64,000 nt of DNA from Coniocarpon cinnabarinum. Its lineage: Eukaryota. How positions within the stretch are numbered: the first letter of the stretch is position 1; every line of letters starts with the position of its first letter. This document shows positions 61,393 to 64,000 of the stretch, in pieces. The notes below the pieces were generated by a model. The model saw only the letters and a list, made by a program, of their open reading frames with translations, was not told where the DNA came from and ran no database searches. Location of the stretch: assembly GCA_051942205.1 (NCBI GenBank), contig JAVECO010000003.1:248001-312000 (forward strand), in the 5' to 3' direction. The translations under genes and the position numbers were made by a program.

Positions 61393-61890
61393 CGCGTCGT
61401 ATCCCTAAGATGATCAACTCTCTGCATTCCCAGCGGTGACGTATGGCCATCATTGATAGAGCCAAGTTGTAAGTGTATAATCATGGAAGCACTCGGAAGA
61501 ATTCGGATAAAGGAGAACAAAAGCTGGCCATCCGCTGCGTCGGAGTGGATATATTCGTACATCCAGGTTTTCGGGTGGGTGTGGATACCTTATCCTTGCT
61601 CCTGCTTTTATCACCTCCCCTGCTCTTGCGTTTCCAGGTATCCTCTAAACCTGAGATTGAGTGAGACCTTAGGCACAATTCATTCTTTAAATCATGACTG
61701 CTCTGGTGTACCGAAGAAGGGTTGCTGTGTGATTGATACGAGAACATCGAAAGCGACTCCGAGATACTGCTTACCGTAAAATTATCGCGAGTCAGCACGC
61801 CTGTAAGAGTTCACCAGCACATCCTTGGAGCGCCTTGCTCCCTGCAAAAGACTATTCTTAAAAATCTCTTATTCGCTTTTCCCTAAAGCC

Positions 61891-63430
61891 ATGGCGGTGT
61901 CCACGTCGCCGGGCAGTCCCAGCTCCAAGGGCGAAATGGGTCGCATAGGAAGCGGCGAGTTTTACACGGGCAAACGCCGCACAAATAGCATTGGCGTGCA
62001 GGTCGAGGACATACGATTATGTGTGGTCATGGTAGGTCTGCCGGCTCGGGGCAAGAGTCTGATTGCTGGAAAGGGTATGTTGATGTTTGTCTCACTTGCA
62101 AGGGTCCATTGGGTTTCTCACGGGCACACGAGCCTTGGCGGTGCAGCCATTGCGAGGAAAGGTGTCTTGGCTATGCTGTGTGATGCTGACTTGTCACGTT
62201 GTAGTCGTGCGATACCTGGGCTGGCTCAGTATCAATGCCAAGAACTTCAACGTCGGGCAGTACCGCCGCTCTGCTACGCCGACCCCCTCTGCTGCATTCT
62301 TCGACACGAAGAACAAAGATGGGGAGCGCGCGCGCCGTGCCGCTGCTGAAGCCGCCATTGCGGATATGGTGCGGTGGTTTGACCGTGGCGGCGGAACGGT
62401 CGCCATCTTCGACGCGACGAACAGCACCAAGGACCGCCGCCGCTGGATTCATGAACGCTGTCATGCGCATGAAATTGACACGCTCTTCGTCGAGAGCAAA
62501 TGCGACGACGAGGAGCTCGTCATGAGCAACATCCTCGAGGTCAAAACGACAAGTCCTGACTACAAGGGCCAGGACCCAGAAGAAGCGGCCAAAGACTTCC
62601 GCGAACGAATACGCAATTACGAGCGTGTTTATGAGACGATTGATGAAGACGAGAGAGATCTCACGTATGTCAAGCTTATCAACGTGGGCAGCCAGGTCAT
62701 CATCAATAATATCCGTGACTACCTCCAAAGCCGCGTGGTGTACTACCTCATGAACCTGCACATCAAGCCGCGCTCCATCTGGATCTCGCGCCACGGCGAG
62801 AGCATGTTCAACTTGACCGGTCAAATCGGTGGTGACGCCGACCTCTCCGAGCGCGGAGAGGCGTACGCGCGCAGACTTCCTGATCTGGTCCGCCAGTCCG
62901 TCGGACCGGATCTGTACGACAACCGCAAACTCACAGTGTGGACCTCGACGCTGAAGCGCACGCAGCAGACCGCGCGCTTTTGCCCCTTCGAACGCCTCGA
63001 ATGGAAAGCCCTCGACGAGCTCGACAGCGGGGTCTGCGACGGTCTGACCTACGGCGAAATCGAGTCCCAATACCCCGACGACTTTAAAATGCGTGACGAT
63101 GACAAGTACAACTATCGCTATCTGGGCGGAGAGTCCTATCGCGACGTCGTCATCCGCCTTGAACCCATCATCATGGAGCTGGAGCGCGCCGAGAATATCC
63201 TGATTGTCACGCATCAGGCGATTCTCAGATGTATATATGCGTACTTTATGAATGTGCCGCAGGAGCGCAGCCCTTGGATGGAGGTGCCGCTGCATACGCT
63301 GATCAAGCTCACGCCGAAGGCCTATGGGACCCAGGAGGAGAGACTCAAGGCGGATATTCCGGCGGTGAGCACGTTTAGGAGTAAGGGGAGTAGTGCGAAG
63401 CACCAGGACCAGGACTCGAATGGTCTGTGA
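61891..63430 (+). CDS. FBP26: 6-phosphofructo-2-kinase / fructose-2,6-bisphosphatase (FBP26-like, 469 aa)
   Basis: Exon 1 61891-62074, intron 62075-62204. MVGLPARGKS, FNVGQYRR, FDATNST, SRHGES, LDELDSG, GGESYRD, THQA. Confidence 0.93.
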
Positions 63431-63645
63431 AGGGTCGGCTTGTACGATTGGGGACTGATGCAGGAGCTTGTAGGTCTTGAGAGACTAACTTGAGGGACTA
63501 ACTTGGTGAGTGAGACAGTTGTACGTCTATTGACAGTCGAGAGAAGTCCGCTCAGTATTTTTCATTCGAAGCTTGAGCTTCGGCACGCTTGAGAGAAGCT
63601 ATCAATGACTAAAACCAAGAGATGCTCACGCATGACATTTGATGA

Positions 63646-63828
63646 CTACGACGATGCGGCTTTCGCATTCCTAACATAGTTCTCTACATTTTCGTTGACC
63701 GTGACGTCGTCCCGGAATCCAAGAGTCTTCGCCCAACTCGTGTCGAACACAGCGGGCCAGCTATCTACGATCCTCTCGATGACGGGATCTATCTTTTCTT
63801 CTATGAGGTCGTTGACTGTTTGCTCGCC
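63646..63828 (-). CDS. Last exon of an NAD-dependent epimerase/dehydrogenase (DenD/D-erythronate dehydrogenase-like SDR); the rest lies outside the window
   Basis: After branch GCTAAC and acceptor TACAG the frame reads GEQTVNDLIEEKIDPVIERIVDSWPAVFDTSWAKTLGFRDDVTVNENVENYVRNAKAASS*. 'IERIV.SWP..FD...A..LGF..D' is the typical C-terminus of this family. Not in the supplied ORF track. Confidence 0.7.
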   Translation of the reverse strand, partial: GEQTVNDLIEEKIDPVIERIVDSWPAVFDTSWAKTLGFRDDVTVNENVENYVRNAKAASS

Positions 63829-64000
63829 CTGTAATCCGTCGTGTTAGCAAATGCCAGTGTTCTCTCAACGCGTCAAAAGGTGTTGCGAGCAGCGAATGCG
63901 GATGTACTGGGCAAGATCGGGGCTGCTCTAGAAACTGCGATCTGCTGTGCAGCGTCCATGCCTCGGGTAAGCACAAATCTGGCTCCATGGGAGGACAGAA

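Noticed and set aside
62171..63403. 410-aa antisense ORF overlapping FBP26
   Set aside because: Mirror of a GC3-rich, codon-biased sense gene with no recognisable motifs. The same applies to the antisense ORFs inside the 9562 gene, TOM1 and the ZNFX1-like gene.
63761..63988. 75-aa minus-strand ORF in the supplied track
   Set aside because: It runs across a branch point and acceptor. A different frame (63828-63646) gives the recognisable SDR C-terminus.
1..64000. tRNA, rRNA, CRISPR arrays or intact transposon ORFs
   Set aside because: None recognised by eye. The few GTTCGA-like hits lack cloverleaf context, and the window is eukaryotic. tRNAscan-SE or Infernal would be needed to exclude small RNAs.

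Overview
Gene-dense window of a filamentous ascomycete (Pezizomycotina) genome. Evidence: short GT-AG introns with CTAAC/CTGAC branch sites, fungal-type housekeeping genes, and an AT-rich island that looks RIP-mutated. The right half (32.6-64 kb) is mostly conserved housekeeping: RPS6, a PRPP synthetase, the TOM1/HUWE1 HECT E3 ligase, a Ser/Thr-rich GPI-type wall protein, a histidine phosphatase, a protein with three Zn2Cys6-like clusters, an SPX-EXS (SYG1-like) protein, PFK-2/FBPase-2, and the last exon of an NAD-dependent epimerase/dehydrogenase. The left half (1-29 kb) behaves like an accessory region. It holds three unrelated tandem families of genes I cannot assign: a head-to-tail array of 5-7 small helical proteins including a probable pseudogene (1-5.4 kb), a trio of Arg/Ser-rich membrane proteins whose third copy is a pseudogene (19.5-22.6 kb), and a pair of three-exon paralogs ending in ELLRLLSLE (25.8-29.1 kb). 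It also holds a ZNFX1-like helicase/NFX1/RZ-finger gene whose reading frame is broken by an apparent 1-nt frameshift upstream of the RZ finger, and a probable RIP-mutated solo LTR. All alignments and gene models were made by eye. No database search was run, so 'orphan' here means only that I do not recognise the family.
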